64,000 nucleotides of DNA from a virus. A model generated the notes under the pieces. That model made no database searches. It had not been told where the DNA came from and worked only from the letters and a program-made list of their open reading frames with translations. A program made the position numbers and the translations under genes. Within the stretch, counting starts at the first letter, position 1; every line of letters starts with the position of its first letter. Of the stretch, positions 24,004 through 39,983 are shown one piece after another. The DNA is taken from the IMG/VR virus record IMGVR_UViG_3300027805_000010, positions 1-64,000 of that record; one strand, written 5' to 3'.

Positions 24004-24827
24004 AAGACCCATATAAAGTATTAGGATTAGAAAGATCAGCATCTGACGATGAGATTAAAAAGACTTATCGTAAATTGGCAATGGAACATCACCCGGACCG
24101 GACGGGTGGCGACGATTCAAGATTTAAGGAAATAGCCGAGGCATATGATATCTTAGGAGATCCAAAAAAGAAAGCCCAGTGGCATACACAGTCAAAATTT
24201 GCAGGTGGCGGATCTTTCCAATTTGATGATCAACTGTTTGAAGACTTTTTAAAGAATCATGGATTCTCTGAGGCGTTTAATGCTAGGTATGGCTATTCTC
24301 AAAACGGGAAGGGTACTAATGTTAATGCACAGATACAGATAACTTTAGAAGAAGCATATTTCGGTACTCGTAGAGAATTACGAATAGGTATGAGAACTGT
24401 TGCCGTATCAATAGAACCTGGTATTATGAATGGTCAAAGACTTAAGTTAAAAGGTCTTGGGCAAAAAGGAATGACCGAAGAACTAAACGGAGATCTAATT
24501 CTTACAGTCAATATATTGGACCACCTTGACTATATGATAGACAATAGAGGCTTACATAAGATACACCGTGTTGGTGTTTTTGATGCAATGCTAGGTGGCA
24601 AATCATCAATAGATATTTTTGATAAGAAAATTAATTTCACTATTCCACAGGGTACCCAGAATGGAATGGTGTTAAGAATACAAGGAAAAGGATTTCCTAT
24701 TTATAATCAGCCTGAAAAATATGGAGATCTCTATGTAAATGTTCTGGTTGAATTACCAAAGGAACTTAATGAAGATGAAATTAATCTTATTAGACAAGTT
24801 AAAGATATGATAGATGGAAGAAAATAA
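24000..24827 (+). CDS. dnaJ: DnaJ/CbpA-type co-chaperone
   Basis: DPYKVLG, HPD motif, C-terminal DnaJ_C (LRIQGKGFP..GDLYV); no Zn finger; start at ATG 24000. Confidence 0.92.
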   Translation: MKDPYKVLGLERSASDDEIKKTYRKLAMEHHPDRTGGDDSRFKEIAEAYDILGDPKKKAQWHTQSKFAGGGSFQFDDQLFEDFLKNHGFSEAFNARYGYSQNGKGTNVNAQIQITLEEAYFGTRRELRIGMRTVAVSIEPGIMNGQRLKLKGLGQKGMTEELNGDLILTVNILDHLDYMIDNRGLHKIHRVGVFDAMLGGKSSIDIFDKKINFTIPQGTQNGMVLRIQGKGFPIYNQPEKYGDLYVNVLVELPKELNEDEINLIRQVKDMIDGRK

Positions 24828-25065
24828 AAGACCTAAAATAATTATACTTGGATTAGGAGAACTTGCCCATGAAGAGTTTATGGAAGTATTCTACAACCTG
24901 ATAATTTCTTCGCCCGAAGATATATTAGGCTATGATGAAACACCTGAACATAAGATAGCAAAACTAAATCATTTGCTTGAATTTTTTGAGGAACGTGAAC
25001 AGTACGAAAAATGCGCAAAGATTAAAGATATACAAGAACTCATAAAAGACAATACCAATGAATAA
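24814..25065 (+). CDS. Small protein with C-terminal UVR-like motif
   Basis: FEEREQYEKCAKIKD. Confidence 0.55.
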   Translation: MEENKRPKIIILGLGELAHEEFMEVFYNLIISSPEDILGYDETPEHKIAKLNHLLEFFEEREQYEKCAKIKDIQELIKDNTNE

Positions 25066-25519
25066 GGAAGATGAATTAAAGAAAACATTGTTAGGCATAC
25101 TTGGCGAAAAGATTGTTGCAAAGTACCTTAGAGATTGTGGTCATAGTGTTAATGAATCTCTCTATATGTTTGATTCCACAAAAGACCTTGATGTTGATGG
25201 CGAAATGGTAGAAGTAAAAACGCAAGTACCTTTTCTTATTTATGATTCATTTGCAGTAAGTATCAATCAGATGAATAAAATTCAAAACTCACATAGGGTG
25301 TATTGGGTGAGTGTGCCACCAAGCAAGGTAAATGATGTTATGAGTGGATTTGTATTTGAAATGGATCCTAAGGTTGCAACAAGTTTTATGCATAGGTTAA
25401 AAACTGGTAGAGAAGTAATGTGCTTTAAAAGAAACCAGGAAGGTATGAAAATTGTATATCAGATAAAAGATCAAAAACTCCTAAAACACTTACAGGAATT
25501 ATCCACAAGTTACCTATAA
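25058..25519 (+). CDS. PD-(D/E)xK nuclease-like protein
   Basis: GEKIVAKYL...KDL.VDG..VEVKT. Confidence 0.6.
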   Translation: MNKEDELKKTLLGILGEKIVAKYLRDCGHSVNESLYMFDSTKDLDVDGEMVEVKTQVPFLIYDSFAVSINQMNKIQNSHRVYWVSVPPSKVNDVMSGFVFEMDPKVATSFMHRLKTGREVMCFKRNQEGMKIVYQIKDQKLLKHLQELSTSYL

Positions 25520-25617
25520 ACTTTTTTCTCTCTAGAGTGAAAAAAGTTGGTGAAATATTTTTTTATCCCAAAAAATTGTATTAAATTTATACTATAAATT
25601 AATTAATACAATATACT
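25519..25617 (+). repeat. Dispersed promoter/operator element, diverged copy
   Basis: AACTTTTTTC-tctctagagt-GAAAAAAGTT palindrome followed by ATCCCAA..TTGTAT-TAAATTTA. Confidence 0.7.
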
Positions 25618-26037
25618 ATGATTAACAACGTACAATACCTAATTCAGAAATACGCTGAAGCCCGTGAGAACATGAACCAACCAGGATCTGCTACCGAATA
25701 TTGGAAAGGATCAATGGACACTTACCATTCATTACTTATTTTAGGATTCAATGACTGGGCATTACCAGGGTCGGTAGGATACTATGTATTTTACGAAGGT
25801 ATGAATTATGATTCTGCTTTAGGTAAAGTAGAGAGAGAAAGAGAATCCATTAATGATCAATCCGAAGACATGGAACAGTTCAATACAAAGGAAGAGATTG
25901 TGGAACTCTTAGTTAAAAGATGCGGTATGAAAAGATCCACTTTTTACAACACCGATACTAATAAGCAACGTGAAAAACACTGGACCTTTAATAGAACCCT
26001 TAATTTTTACATGGGGTTAAAGAACCAGAATTGTTAA
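25618..26037 (+). CDS. Hypothetical protein
   Basis: 139-aa ORF behind the repeat element. Confidence 0.6.
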   Translation: MINNVQYLIQKYAEARENMNQPGSATEYWKGSMDTYHSLLILGFNDWALPGSVGYYVFYEGMNYDSALGKVERERESINDQSEDMEQFNTKEEIVELLVKRCGMKRSTFYNTDTNKQREKHWTFNRTLNFYMGLKNQNC

Positions 26038-26126
26038 TAACTTTTTTCATATTGGGAGAAAAAAGTTAGAGAAAAATTTTCAAATCCCAATTATTTGTAT
26101 TATATTTATATAAAATTAAACGGTAT
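26030..26126 (+). repeat. Dispersed ~95-bp promoter/operator element, copy 2
   Basis: Near-identical to 19652-19747; directly precedes the ligase ATG. Confidence 0.85.
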
Positions 26127-27431
26127 ATGGAAAACCTTACAAAAGATCTAAACTACTTACAATCATTCCTGGATGAAATGAACGCATCATCTTCAGGGAA
26201 TCATAAGATTGCAACAATTCGTAAACATGCTGATAATGAATTCCTTAAGAAGGTTTTCTATTATACATACAATCCTTTCAAAAAGTACGGTGTGCATACC
26301 AAGGTTCTACTAAAGAACTCGCATCTAACTGCACCTGAAAATATCTATTCCGATTTATTCCAATTGTTGGATAACCTGGCTGATAACAATTTAACCGGGC
26401 ATGCTGCTATCCAAGCAGTAAATACATTCGTAAATGAATTGCCATCTGACTTACAAAAATTGGTACACTTTATCTTAGACCGCGATCTTCGTATGGGTGC
26501 ATCAATTACATCGGTACTTAAGGTACATCCTAATATCATACCTACATTTAAGGTTGCACTCGCACACCCATACTCGCCAACCCGTGTAAACTTCGGAACT
26601 GAGGAATGGTACGGTTCTCGTAAACTCGATGGCGTCCGTTGTATCTGTCGCAAGGAAGGTAATTCTGTAACTTTTTATTCAAGAAACGGTAAAGAATTTG
26701 AAACACTAGGTCGTATTGCCGAAGACATTAAACAGATCCCTGGTAATTTTATCCTAGATGGAGAAGTCTGTATGGTTGACCAAAATGGTAAAGAAGACTT
26801 CCAAGGTATTATGAAGGAGATTCGCCGTAAGGATCATACAATTCAAAATCCTAAGTTCTTGGTATTTGACTGTCTTACCATTGAGGAATTTGATAATCAT
26901 AAAGGTACTGATAAATTGGCTGACCGTTTACAACGTCCTACTATGAACAGTATTCTAAACGGAGAATTTAACACTCTTACTATTGTTGAACAGATCCGTA
27001 TCAATACCGAAGAGGAATTTACCGAAATGGCTAAGGATGCCGAAATTAACGGTTATGAAGGTATCATGGTTCGTAAGAACATTGGTTATGAAGGTACCCG
27101 TTCACATAGCCTCTTAAAGGTGAAAAAATTCCATGATGCAGAATACACGGTTTTAGAATGTGTAAACGGTACAATTCGTTGGACTGAAAATGGCCAACAA
27201 GTTGAAAAGGAATGTTTAAGCAGTATCATTATTGAACATAAAGGTTACCGTGTATCGGTAGGATCTGGATTTTCCAAGGAACAACGAGAATATTACTTAA
27301 ACCGCCACAATGAATTGGTAGGTAAAACTGTAACGGTTCAATACTTTGAGGAATCTCAAAATCAAATGGGTGGTTACTCATTAAGATTCCCTGTTGTGAA
27401 ACATATATATACAAATGGTAGAGATTGTTAA
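26127..27431 (+). CDS. lig: ATP-dependent DNA ligase
   Basis: KLDGVR, LDGE, FDCL, EGIMVR, LLKVK, VGSGFS, SLRFP. Confidence 0.95.
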   Translation: MENLTKDLNYLQSFLDEMNASSSGNHKIATIRKHADNEFLKKVFYYTYNPFKKYGVHTKVLLKNSHLTAPENIYSDLFQLLDNLADNNLTGHAAIQAVNTFVNELPSDLQKLVHFILDRDLRMGASITSVLKVHPNIIPTFKVALAHPYSPTRVNFGTEEWYGSRKLDGVRCICRKEGNSVTFYSRNGKEFETLGRIAEDIKQIPGNFILDGEVCMVDQNGKEDFQGIMKEIRRKDHTIQNPKFLVFDCLTIEEFDNHKGTDKLADRLQRPTMNSILNGEFNTLTIVEQIRINTEEEFTEMAKDAEINGYEGIMVRKNIGYEGTRSHSLLKVKKFHDAEYTVLECVNGTIRWTENGQQVEKECLSSIIIEHKGYRVSVGSGFSKEQREYYLNRHNELVGKTVTVQYFEESQNQMGGYSLRFPVVKHIYTNGRDC

Positions 27432-27493
27432 TCCAGTCTCTATCAAAACTCACCTCTAGTGCGGAGAAAATAGATTAACGATAATTACCATAT

Positions 27494-28081
27494 ATGATGT
27501 TATATGAAAGCTTTAGGAATAACAAACACATCACAGTATTTGATGTAGATGATACTCTTGTTGTTACACAGAGTAAAATCAAAGTAAGCAATCCACAGAC
27601 CGGCTTCTATAAAGAATTAACACCGCAAGATTTTAATGAATTTGAAAGAAGAGAAAACGATGAAATGGATTTTTCTGATTTTAAAGATTTAGATATTCTT
27701 AAAGCTGGTCGTATCATTGAATGGGTGTTTGATATTCTAAAGAGAACAATATCAAAAGGAGACCCGGTTGGAATTATTACTGCACGCGACGATTCAAAAC
27801 TTATATACGATTTTCTCTACCACCACGGTGTGAGAATTGACCCAGCCTATATCTTTGCAATTAATGATCCTAAGTCAGAGTTTAGTGGATCTATTGCAGA
27901 AAGAAAAAAGCAAGCCTTTGTTAAACTTATCGAACAAGGATTTAGAAACTTTACATTTTTTGATGATGATAAAGAAAACATTAAAATCGCAAAAAGTTTA
28001 ACTAAAGAATTCCCTGACATCAAAATGGATGCCACTTTAATTAAGAAGAAATGGATACCAAAATTCAACGACTGGAGTTAA
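27494..28081 (+). CDS. HAD-superfamily phosphatase-like protein
   Basis: FDVDDTL, ITAR, FFDDD..NI. Confidence 0.75.
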   Translation: MMLYESFRNNKHITVFDVDDTLVVTQSKIKVSNPQTGFYKELTPQDFNEFERRENDEMDFSDFKDLDILKAGRIIEWVFDILKRTISKGDPVGIITARDDSKLIYDFLYHHGVRIDPAYIFAINDPKSEFSGSIAERKKQAFVKLIEQGFRNFTFFDDDKENIKIAKSLTKEFPDIKMDATLIKKKWIPKFNDWS

Positions 28082-28524
28082 AGATCAATACTTTTATTGA
28101 TATTTTGCTTAGCATAAAAAATCTATCAAACTCATCCACTACAAAAGTAGGGTGTATGACTCTTAAAAGGGACTTTAGTAAAATAGCCAGTTTTGGTTAT
28201 AACGGTTCTTACAGCGGAGCACAAATGAATCCAGAAACAGGCACCGAAGAAGAATCATTAATACCAGGAGAAAGTGGATTTATACATGCCGAGGTTAATA
28301 TGATTGCAAAATTTAAAGAATATGATCCTGAAAACTACATCGTACTCTTAACTCTTTCACCGTGTAAAATGTGCACTAAGATTCTGGTCAATGCAGGGTT
28401 TAAACACGTGTATTGGATAGATGAATACCGAGATACTTCTCATCTTACAATCCTGAATGATTGCGGTATTACAAATGGTAACATCAAAGATCTTATAAAT
28501 AACTACCAGCAGATTAAAGGGTGA
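28051..28524 (+). CDS. dCMP deaminase
   Basis: KVGC, GYNG, HAEVN, SPCKMC. Confidence 0.9.
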   Translation: MDTKIQRLELKINTFIDILLSIKNLSNSSTTKVGCMTLKRDFSKIASFGYNGSYSGAQMNPETGTEEESLIPGESGFIHAEVNMIAKFKEYDPENYIVLLTLSPCKMCTKILVNAGFKHVYWIDEYRDTSHLTILNDCGITNGNIKDLINNYQQIKG

Positions 28525-28549
28525 ATATATACAAAAAAGTATAGTCACC

Positions 28550-29125
28550 TTGATAGTTGAAGCCTTATCATTTAAATTAGCATTAGATTTTTTACAATAT
28601 CTTAAAAAGAACAGAATTAATACTACAGGTATTAAGATTATGTTCTGGGATAGAATCAATAATGAATTTATTACATATGAAGATGTTAATACAATGTCTT
28701 TATACTTTGACACACAATACAAGCTTATTGATAATTGTGTGTTAGGATCTTTATGTTCGCTTGAACTTTTTAGCGGTGTAAGTGACCTGTATGATTTTAC
28801 TACTGAATACACTGCAAGTAATATCACAGGTTCATACAAACTCACATCAGGCTCACAATATGATCGTCAACGAAATAGTCAAAGAAGTATATTTACAGAT
28901 AGACAGATTTCTTTTATCAATCAATCGGTAGGAGAGTACTTAAAATTCTATAATGAAATTCGTCGTATTTATGTAACTGGGATTTATTCTCCATGTTATG
29001 CAGAACCGGGTTGGAGTCAAAATACATGGTACCTAAGTTCATTAAGAAAAGGGCTACTTGAGATTAGAGGAAATAAGCAATTTCCATACAAGGGTGTTAA
29101 GATAGAGAAAGATCCTCCTGCTTAA
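28550..29125 (+). CDS. Hypothetical (probably virion) protein
   Basis: TTG start after a late-type GAATATATA motif. Confidence 0.55.
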   Translation: MIVEALSFKLALDFLQYLKKNRINTTGIKIMFWDRINNEFITYEDVNTMSLYFDTQYKLIDNCVLGSLCSLELFSGVSDLYDFTTEYTASNITGSYKLTSGSQYDRQRNSQRSIFTDRQISFINQSVGEYLKFYNEIRRIYVTGIYSPCYAEPGWSQNTWYLSSLRKGLLEIRGNKQFPYKGVKIEKDPPA

Positions 29126-29153
29126 GAAAATAAATAAAAAAAGATACTAGATA

Positions 29154-31103
29154 ATGGCATTTAATTTACAAGAATATATTCTCTTTAGAACCGAAATAGG
29201 TAGAGAACTGTTCAATGCTGAAGTTGATACGAACTTCAGAATGGTTGCTAATCCTTGGGTTAATGACAGGGTGTATGACGAAGGAAATATTGTATATCAT
29301 CCAGTTGAGGTTGATAGCCCAACAGGAAACAGTGGTACAACCAGCGGACCTGAGCAGGTTCTGGCGTGGTGGAGAGCCAATCAAAGAACAACATTAGGTA
29401 CATTTGATACAAATGAATGGGACTTAATTGGTGGAATTGGTACAGGAGACATTACAGTTGGTGCTCAACCAGGATTTGGTAAAATTAGAGTAAATTACAC
29501 CGGAACAATTGGATCATGGCAAGCTGGTAACAATGCCTTATTAAATGCGCCTACGCCTGATGCAACAGTAAACCTTGTTGCAGGTAGTGGTATGAGTTTA
29601 CAATATGATGTTACTACAAATTCAATTAGACTTATTAATACAGGATCACAAGGCGAAGTAAACCAAGGGATAAACATAGGTACTGGTTTGGCAGTTTTTG
29701 CTGGTATGAGTGGTACCGATTTAACTTTTAAAGGACTAGGCGTTTCAGTATCAAGTAGTCCAGCATTATCTATTTCTACCGATGCATTTAATAATGTGGT
29801 ATATCGATTAGACGAAGGTCAAATTAATTTATCAAATCTAAATAATGGTCAACCTACAGCAGATTTGTTATATGATGTAACATATGTAGGTGGCGGACCA
29901 ACTAATAATGATATTCTTCAGTGGAATGCTTCGAGCAATAGTTGGAGAAACGTTTCATTAACAACGGCAGGTGCACAAGGTCCTACTGGAGCAATTGGTG
30001 CAACTGGAGCGCAAGGCTTTACCGGAGCAACCGGTTCTGGTGCAACTGGCAGTATAGGTTTTACTGGTGCAACTGGAAATCAAGGATTTACTGGTTCAAC
30101 TGGTTCAGGTTTTACCGGAGCCACTGGAATCGGAGCAACTGGTGCAACTGGAAATCAAGGATTTACTGGTTCAACTGGATTAGGTTTTACTGGAGCAACT
30201 GGGATTGGAGCAACTGGTGCAACTGGAAATCAAGGATTTACTGGTTCAACTGGATTAGGCTCTACTGGAGCAACCGGACCACAAGGAGATATTGGTGCGA
30301 CTGGTTCAGGCTCTATTGGAGCAACTGGGCTTGGGGCAACCGGAGCAACCGGAGCAACTGGATCACAAGGAAATATCGGTTCAACTGGACTTGGTTCAAC
30401 TGGCGCAACTGGACCAGGTTCTACTGGAGCAACTGGACCACAAGGAAATATTGGTGCAACTGGCGCCGGTAGCGGTGGTACCTCTACTATATACAATACA
30501 GTTTCTCGCTACCAGGCATTTGTAAGTGGTGACATTGAATGTTGGTTACTTTCAAGTGCCACAGTTAACACTGGTTTATCTTGGACAAGAACAAGTACCA
30601 CTCTAACAATTACGCGTAACAGTCATGGTCATGCAAATGGTGATACTGTCATAATAAGAAATGCAAACCAGGATAATTTCTATGGAGTCGTTTCTAATGC
30701 GGCTACAAACACATTTGATGTAACCACTGCCGACACGGGAGCAACATCAGGTTCTGCTGCAGGTTATTCTTTAGGATTTAAGGTTACTTCTGCAACAGCA
30801 ACGGTATTAACCATAGCAGCACCGACCGGAGGTGATGTACAACTATTAGGAGTTTTGTATGCCACTGGGTCAAGAGGTGGTGCCACAACTTTAGCCGTTA
30901 CGGTACCCGCATCGGCGACTAATGGAGCAGGAGCTGATAGTGTAGCACAAAATACATTCTTTCCTATAATCAGAGGTCATTTAGTAGGAGGAGCTATTAT
31001 ATCCGCTTTGTCCATGACATTAACGGCTGGCCCAAACCATAATATATTTAATTTAGCTTCATTAAATTCAACCGCTAGCTGTTTGATAAGACTAGACTTT
31101 TAA
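29154..31103 (+). CDS. Collagen-like fibre protein
   Basis: Long G-A-T/G-S-T/G-F-T triplet run with a 75-bp-period DNA repeat; beta-rich C-terminal domain. Confidence 0.8.
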   Translation: MAFNLQEYILFRTEIGRELFNAEVDTNFRMVANPWVNDRVYDEGNIVYHPVEVDSPTGNSGTTSGPEQVLAWWRANQRTTLGTFDTNEWDLIGGIGTGDITVGAQPGFGKIRVNYTGTIGSWQAGNNALLNAPTPDATVNLVAGSGMSLQYDVTTNSIRLINTGSQGEVNQGINIGTGLAVFAGMSGTDLTFKGLGVSVSSSPALSISTDAFNNVVYRLDEGQINLSNLNNGQPTADLLYDVTYVGGGPTNNDILQWNASSNSWRNVSLTTAGAQGPTGAIGATGAQGFTGATGSGATGSIGFTGATGNQGFTGSTGSGFTGATGIGATGATGNQGFTGSTGLGFTGATGIGATGATGNQGFTGSTGLGSTGATGPQGDIGATGSGSIGATGLGATGATGATGSQGNIGSTGLGSTGATGPGSTGATGPQGNIGATGAGSGGTSTIYNTVSRYQAFVSGDIECWLLSSATVNTGLSWTRTSTTLTITRNSHGHANGDTVIIRNANQDNFYGVVSNAATNTFDVTTADTGATSGSAAGYSLGFKVTSATATVLTIAAPTGGDVQLLGVLYATGSRGGATTLAVTVPASATNGAGADSVAQNTFFPIIRGHLVGGAIISALSMTLTAGPNHNIFNLASLNSTASCLIRLDF

Positions 31104-31120
31104 AAAATTAATATACCCAA

Positions 31121-35890
<4,770 letters not shown>

Positions 35891-35939
35891 ACTAGTCATT
35901 CTTAAACTATTTTTCTAATTGTCATATAAAAATAAAACT

Positions 35940-36464
35940 ATGGATAATAGTACCGGTACACAAGAGCTAACTTTACAATGGGTAAAGGGAGACAAAATAG
36001 GCAACATTGAAAAGGTATCATCACAGGATAACGAATGGACTATCTTTCAAAGTGGGTCAAGAATTTCAACTGGTCTTATTCATGAATTTATGATTCCTAT
36101 TGAAGGAGAACCTCTTAGTTTTGATCCAACACTGCCTGTATTAGAAGGTCCTACTGGTTCAGTTGGACCAGGACCTCATCCTGCAGGAATTTCAGAATCT
36201 GCTAAATCGGCAAAAGAAAATCCAATTAAGACTCTTTTTAATAAACAAAAGAAAACTGATAAGGTTGATCTTAAACTTTCATTTTCAATTAATGTACCAG
36301 CTAAAGATATCTTTGATATTATAAGTATGACATTTGATGAAGAAGAAGTAATTACAGAACTTGATTCATTTATATCAAATCAAATTGATCCAAGTATTTT
36401 AAAGGATACATTAAGAACCTCAATTGAGGAACTTATTATCAATAGGTACAAACTTAACTCTTAA
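35940..36464 (+). CDS. Hypothetical protein
   Basis: Likely ATG at 35940; class II promoter at 35904-35930. Confidence 0.6.
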   Translation: MDNSTGTQELTLQWVKGDKIGNIEKVSSQDNEWTIFQSGSRISTGLIHEFMIPIEGEPLSFDPTLPVLEGPTGSVGPGPHPAGISESAKSAKENPIKTLFNKQKKTDKVDLKLSFSINVPAKDIFDIISMTFDEEEVITELDSFISNQIDPSILKDTLRTSIEELIINRYKLNS

Positions 36465-36497
36465 TTTTTAAGATAATATATATTAAAATAACAAACT

Positions 36498-36857
36498 ATG
36501 ACTAAAATTCCAACACGTAGAGAAAGAAGAGCGGCTATGAAATATCAAGGCGTTTTAAAAATGAAAAGTAAATTACCATTTTCTAAATGGTTAGAATTTA
36601 CTAGGGAATCTATTAAAAATGGCAATCAAATTTTTACAGCCAATCAAGAAGCAGTTGATAGATCTATCTCTGAACAACTTGAGGCCAAAGAATTAGTAAT
36701 GATTGAAGGATGGAAAGAAGCAGGACATACAGCCGAAGAAATTGAAAAACTTAGAGAAGCTTATGCAGCTCTTACCATAAGAGATCTTTCTACATGGCAT
36801 ACTGATAAAAAAGTAGCAAGAAATCTAATTAAAGAAGTTAATAAATCTAGAGCATAA
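36498..36857 (+). CDS. Hypothetical protein
   Basis: 119-aa ORF with PTRRERR N-terminus. Confidence 0.6.
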   Translation: MTKIPTRRERRAAMKYQGVLKMKSKLPFSKWLEFTRESIKNGNQIFTANQEAVDRSISEQLEAKELVMIEGWKEAGHTAEEIEKLREAYAALTIRDLSTWHTDKKVARNLIKEVNKSRA

Positions 36858-36864
36858 AAGATAC

Positions 36865-37188
36865 ATGGTTAAAATTGCGCTTGAACCAGCTAAGAATGGA
36901 ATAATTAAGAGAACCGTTGATGACAATCATGGGGGCGCTCGAGAACAATGGACTTCAACTGACGTATACGAAGAATCTGAAAAAGATAAACTTGGATATG
37001 TAATGAAGTTCTTTTTTGATTTATGCGAAGATCTTGGCGTTAACTTAGGTAGCAAATTTGATAAAGATGTTATTACAATACGAAAAGAATGGGGTACTCA
37101 CTACGAACCAGGTAGTAAAGAACTCGAATCAAAAATAAAAGAACTTGAAGCCCAGCTTCAACTGCTTAAAGAATGTCGGAAATCTTAG
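36865..37188 (+). CDS. Hypothetical protein
   Basis: ORF in operon. Confidence 0.6.
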   Translation: MVKIALEPAKNGIIKRTVDDNHGGAREQWTSTDVYEESEKDKLGYVMKFFFDLCEDLGVNLGSKFDKDVITIRKEWGTHYEPGSKELESKIKELEAQLQLLKECRKS

Positions 37189-37571
37189 AATTTTCTTTTA
37201 TATACTCCAAAGATGCAGTAAAGATAAAAGCATTTCTGGGTTCAGTACCTAGAAGTATTGAGTGTATTAATTACATGGACATCTATAATAAGTTGTCTAA
37301 AAACGACTATCTCCAGTCTGAACCATCTGACGCGGTTGTATCTTCTTATCTAATGAGACAGTTACAATCCACGGTTGATAGAAGTACCACAAGATCTTTA
37401 TTCTATGTACTAGGTGAATTGGATAAAGATGTTATTTGTGGGATTAAGGAATACGTGGAAACTTTAACCGAAAGAGAAATACATTATAAGATATATCATA
37501 CACCTGAAGTAAATATAAATGGATCTTCTTTTCTATTCAATGAATCGGTTGAATTTGAAATTGATTTATAA
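37173..37571 (+). CDS. Hypothetical protein
   Basis: ORF in operon. Confidence 0.6.
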   Translation: MSEILEFSFIYSKDAVKIKAFLGSVPRSIECINYMDIYNKLSKNDYLQSEPSDAVVSSYLMRQLQSTVDRSTTRSLFYVLGELDKDVICGIKEYVETLTEREIHYKIYHTPEVNINGSSFLFNESVEFEIDL

Positions 37572-38134
37572 TGAAAGCACACAGGATTTTTACAAAAGGG
37601 CAACATGTCTATTGTTTACTATCATCATTCAGTAGACCTAATGTTCTTATACCAATAAAGGGTGTTGTAATTGATACCGCATGGGATCCTGTTAATCCTC
37701 TCTACAAAATAAAGATTATCAAAATGTATGATAATATGAAGTTCCTCAAAACTTATTTTTTTGATATGAACTTCCGTTATGAGTTTGATAATCGTGCTAG
37801 AAAAATGCCTCTTAAGAAAGATGATTATAATACTACAAAATCATTAGAGGACAGGCTTAATGAAAATGACTACGAAAGATTCTATGTAATCGTTGAATCT
37901 GTTATGTGCACTAAAACAAAGGTTGATCTACAGAAACTTTTTGAGCGTGTACAATTCTATATTATTTCAAAAAATTTAAAGGAGATCAGAGAAATATCAA
38001 CCAGACCATTTTTCAAAGGATCATTATCATTAGATAGTGTTAACGAATTTGATATTAGGTTTAAAAAAGGATGGTCTGATAAGTTCCAACAATCAGGAAT
38101 AGACATCAATAAATATCTAACCAGTTTAGGTTAA
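37571..38134 (+). CDS. Hypothetical protein
   Basis: ORF in operon. Confidence 0.6.
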   Translation: MKAHRIFTKGQHVYCLLSSFSRPNVLIPIKGVVIDTAWDPVNPLYKIKIIKMYDNMKFLKTYFFDMNFRYEFDNRARKMPLKKDDYNTTKSLEDRLNENDYERFYVIVESVMCTKTKVDLQKLFERVQFYIISKNLKEIREISTRPFFKGSLSLDSVNEFDIRFKKGWSDKFQQSGIDINKYLTSLG

Positions 38135-38161
38135 ATATATACTAAAAATAGATCATAGTCT

Positions 38162-39970
38162 ATGAGAGATGGTGTTAGTACTACAGGTAGCGCGTTACCT
38201 CCTAATCCTGCAAGTATCAATGGTGGTGTTTTAGGAACATTTGGTGGAGAGTCTGCTGGTTTTGCTCAGGAAGTTTTACATGAAGTTACCAAAAACTTTT
38301 ATACTAAAAGAGCAGTAGGTGATGCATTTACTGTTGCAAAAGGTATGGGTACGCCGATTCCTAGATCTATATTTAATGAATATGCTCTATTTAACTTTAG
38401 AGGTATGTATGGTGGTTTAACTGGGGGCGAACCGTTTAGATATTTTACAGATAAAGCTAATAACCCTCTTATGGGAGGATACGATGCGCATAATGTAACT
38501 ATACCTAGACTAATAGAATTCTTTGATAGTTTTTATCCTAAGATTAGTTATAAAGCGCAAGACTTCTTATATCTCAAATACTATAAGAAAATTCCAGTAA
38601 ACCATTTAGTAACTTTAAGAAGGTTTCCGGTACCAGTAAATGATAACATATTTGATTTATCTTTAAAATATCCAGAAACACCAGAAGGTGGTAAACCTGA
38701 AGATGCTGTAATGAAAGTTGCAGATGTTACTCAGGTTGCTGGTGTAACCGCCGTTACATACTTAGGTGAAACGGCAGGTAATAAGATTGATGATATTCTT
38801 AAATTTTCATACGGATTAAATTGGAAAGAAATTGAATCCAAAATGGAAGCTGTACAAAGTAGTGCAGGAAGTTATACACAACAACCATTCTATAGTAAGA
38901 TAGGTGGTATTGGACGTGCAACTGCAGATGCATTTAAAGGCATTAGCCCAGGTACTAAATTTAGAAGACAAAATGATCCGAATTCAGGCGAAGACCGTTT
39001 CGGAACTACATATGCCAACTTTGTAATTGGTCCAGTAAACGTAGTAAATAAAACTAACGTTAGAGACATGGGACTTAAGTTTGAAAATGACATTAAGTTA
39101 AACTTTGAATATGAACTTAAATCTCTAAACTATGTTAACCCAAAAATTGCAATGATTGATATCATTAGTAATATGTTAACCATGACAACTAATAATGCAC
39201 AGTTCTTTGGTGGTGGACATAGATATTACGGAAGTGCAGGTTATGTTGCTAGTACATTTGGTGATATGGGTAAACTAAGACAAGGTGATTTTGCAGGATA
39301 TATTGGATCCGTTGTTAGAGATGTTGAAACTGGATTTAAGAGTGTATTTGGTGGTGGCACTGGGGAAATTAATCTAGAAAATGGTATAGACGGTTTACTA
39401 AAAGTAGGTAAGACTTTATTAGGAAATATGCTAGGTGGATTTCTCGGCGAGAATATGGGGGCAATTAATGGTAGTACGGCAACAGCTGCATTTATTAGCG
39501 CTGAACCTACAGGTAACTGGCATATCACAGTAGGTAACCCTCTTAATCCAATCGTTATGATGGGAAATATGTACTGTGACAATTCAACAATGACATTAGG
39601 TCATGGATTAGGTTATGATGATTTTCCAATGGAGGTTAAATTTGAAGTTGATCTAAAACATGGTAAGCCTAGAGATAAGGGAGACATTGAAAATATGTTT
39701 AACGGTGGCCGTGGTAGAATTTATGCATCTGTTGCAGATGAAAAAGATATCCTAAATCTTAAAGGTGCTGATGTTGCTACATATGGGTCTGTTAAAGCAG
39801 GTAAAGCTAATTTACAGAAAACACAATCAGGTGCACAAGCTGGAAGTGTTAATTCAAATTCAATAAGTAACACTAAGTCTAGCCCCGGTACTAAACCTAA
39901 GTCTAGTATATTCACAAGCAATGATTCACAATATGTACATAATGTGGTTTCCATGATAATTGATTCATAA
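38162..39970 (+). CDS. Virion/tail structural protein (baseplate cluster)
   Basis: Late-type motif upstream; directly precedes the gp53-like gene. Confidence 0.5.
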   Translation: MRDGVSTTGSALPPNPASINGGVLGTFGGESAGFAQEVLHEVTKNFYTKRAVGDAFTVAKGMGTPIPRSIFNEYALFNFRGMYGGLTGGEPFRYFTDKANNPLMGGYDAHNVTIPRLIEFFDSFYPKISYKAQDFLYLKYYKKIPVNHLVTLRRFPVPVNDNIFDLSLKYPETPEGGKPEDAVMKVADVTQVAGVTAVTYLGETAGNKIDDILKFSYGLNWKEIESKMEAVQSSAGSYTQQPFYSKIGGIGRATADAFKGISPGTKFRRQNDPNSGEDRFGTTYANFVIGPVNVVNKTNVRDMGLKFENDIKLNFEYELKSLNYVNPKIAMIDIISNMLTMTTNNAQFFGGGHRYYGSAGYVASTFGDMGKLRQGDFAGYIGSVVRDVETGFKSVFGGGTGEINLENGIDGLLKVGKTLLGNMLGGFLGENMGAINGSTATAAFISAEPTGNWHITVGNPLNPIVMMGNMYCDNSTMTLGHGLGYDDFPMEVKFEVDLKHGKPRDKGDIENMFNGGRGRIYASVADEKDILNLKGADVATYGSVKAGKANLQKTQSGAQAGSVNSNSISNTKSSPGTKPKSSIFTSNDSQYVHNVVSMIIDS

Positions 39971-39983
39971 AAAATAAAGTGTA

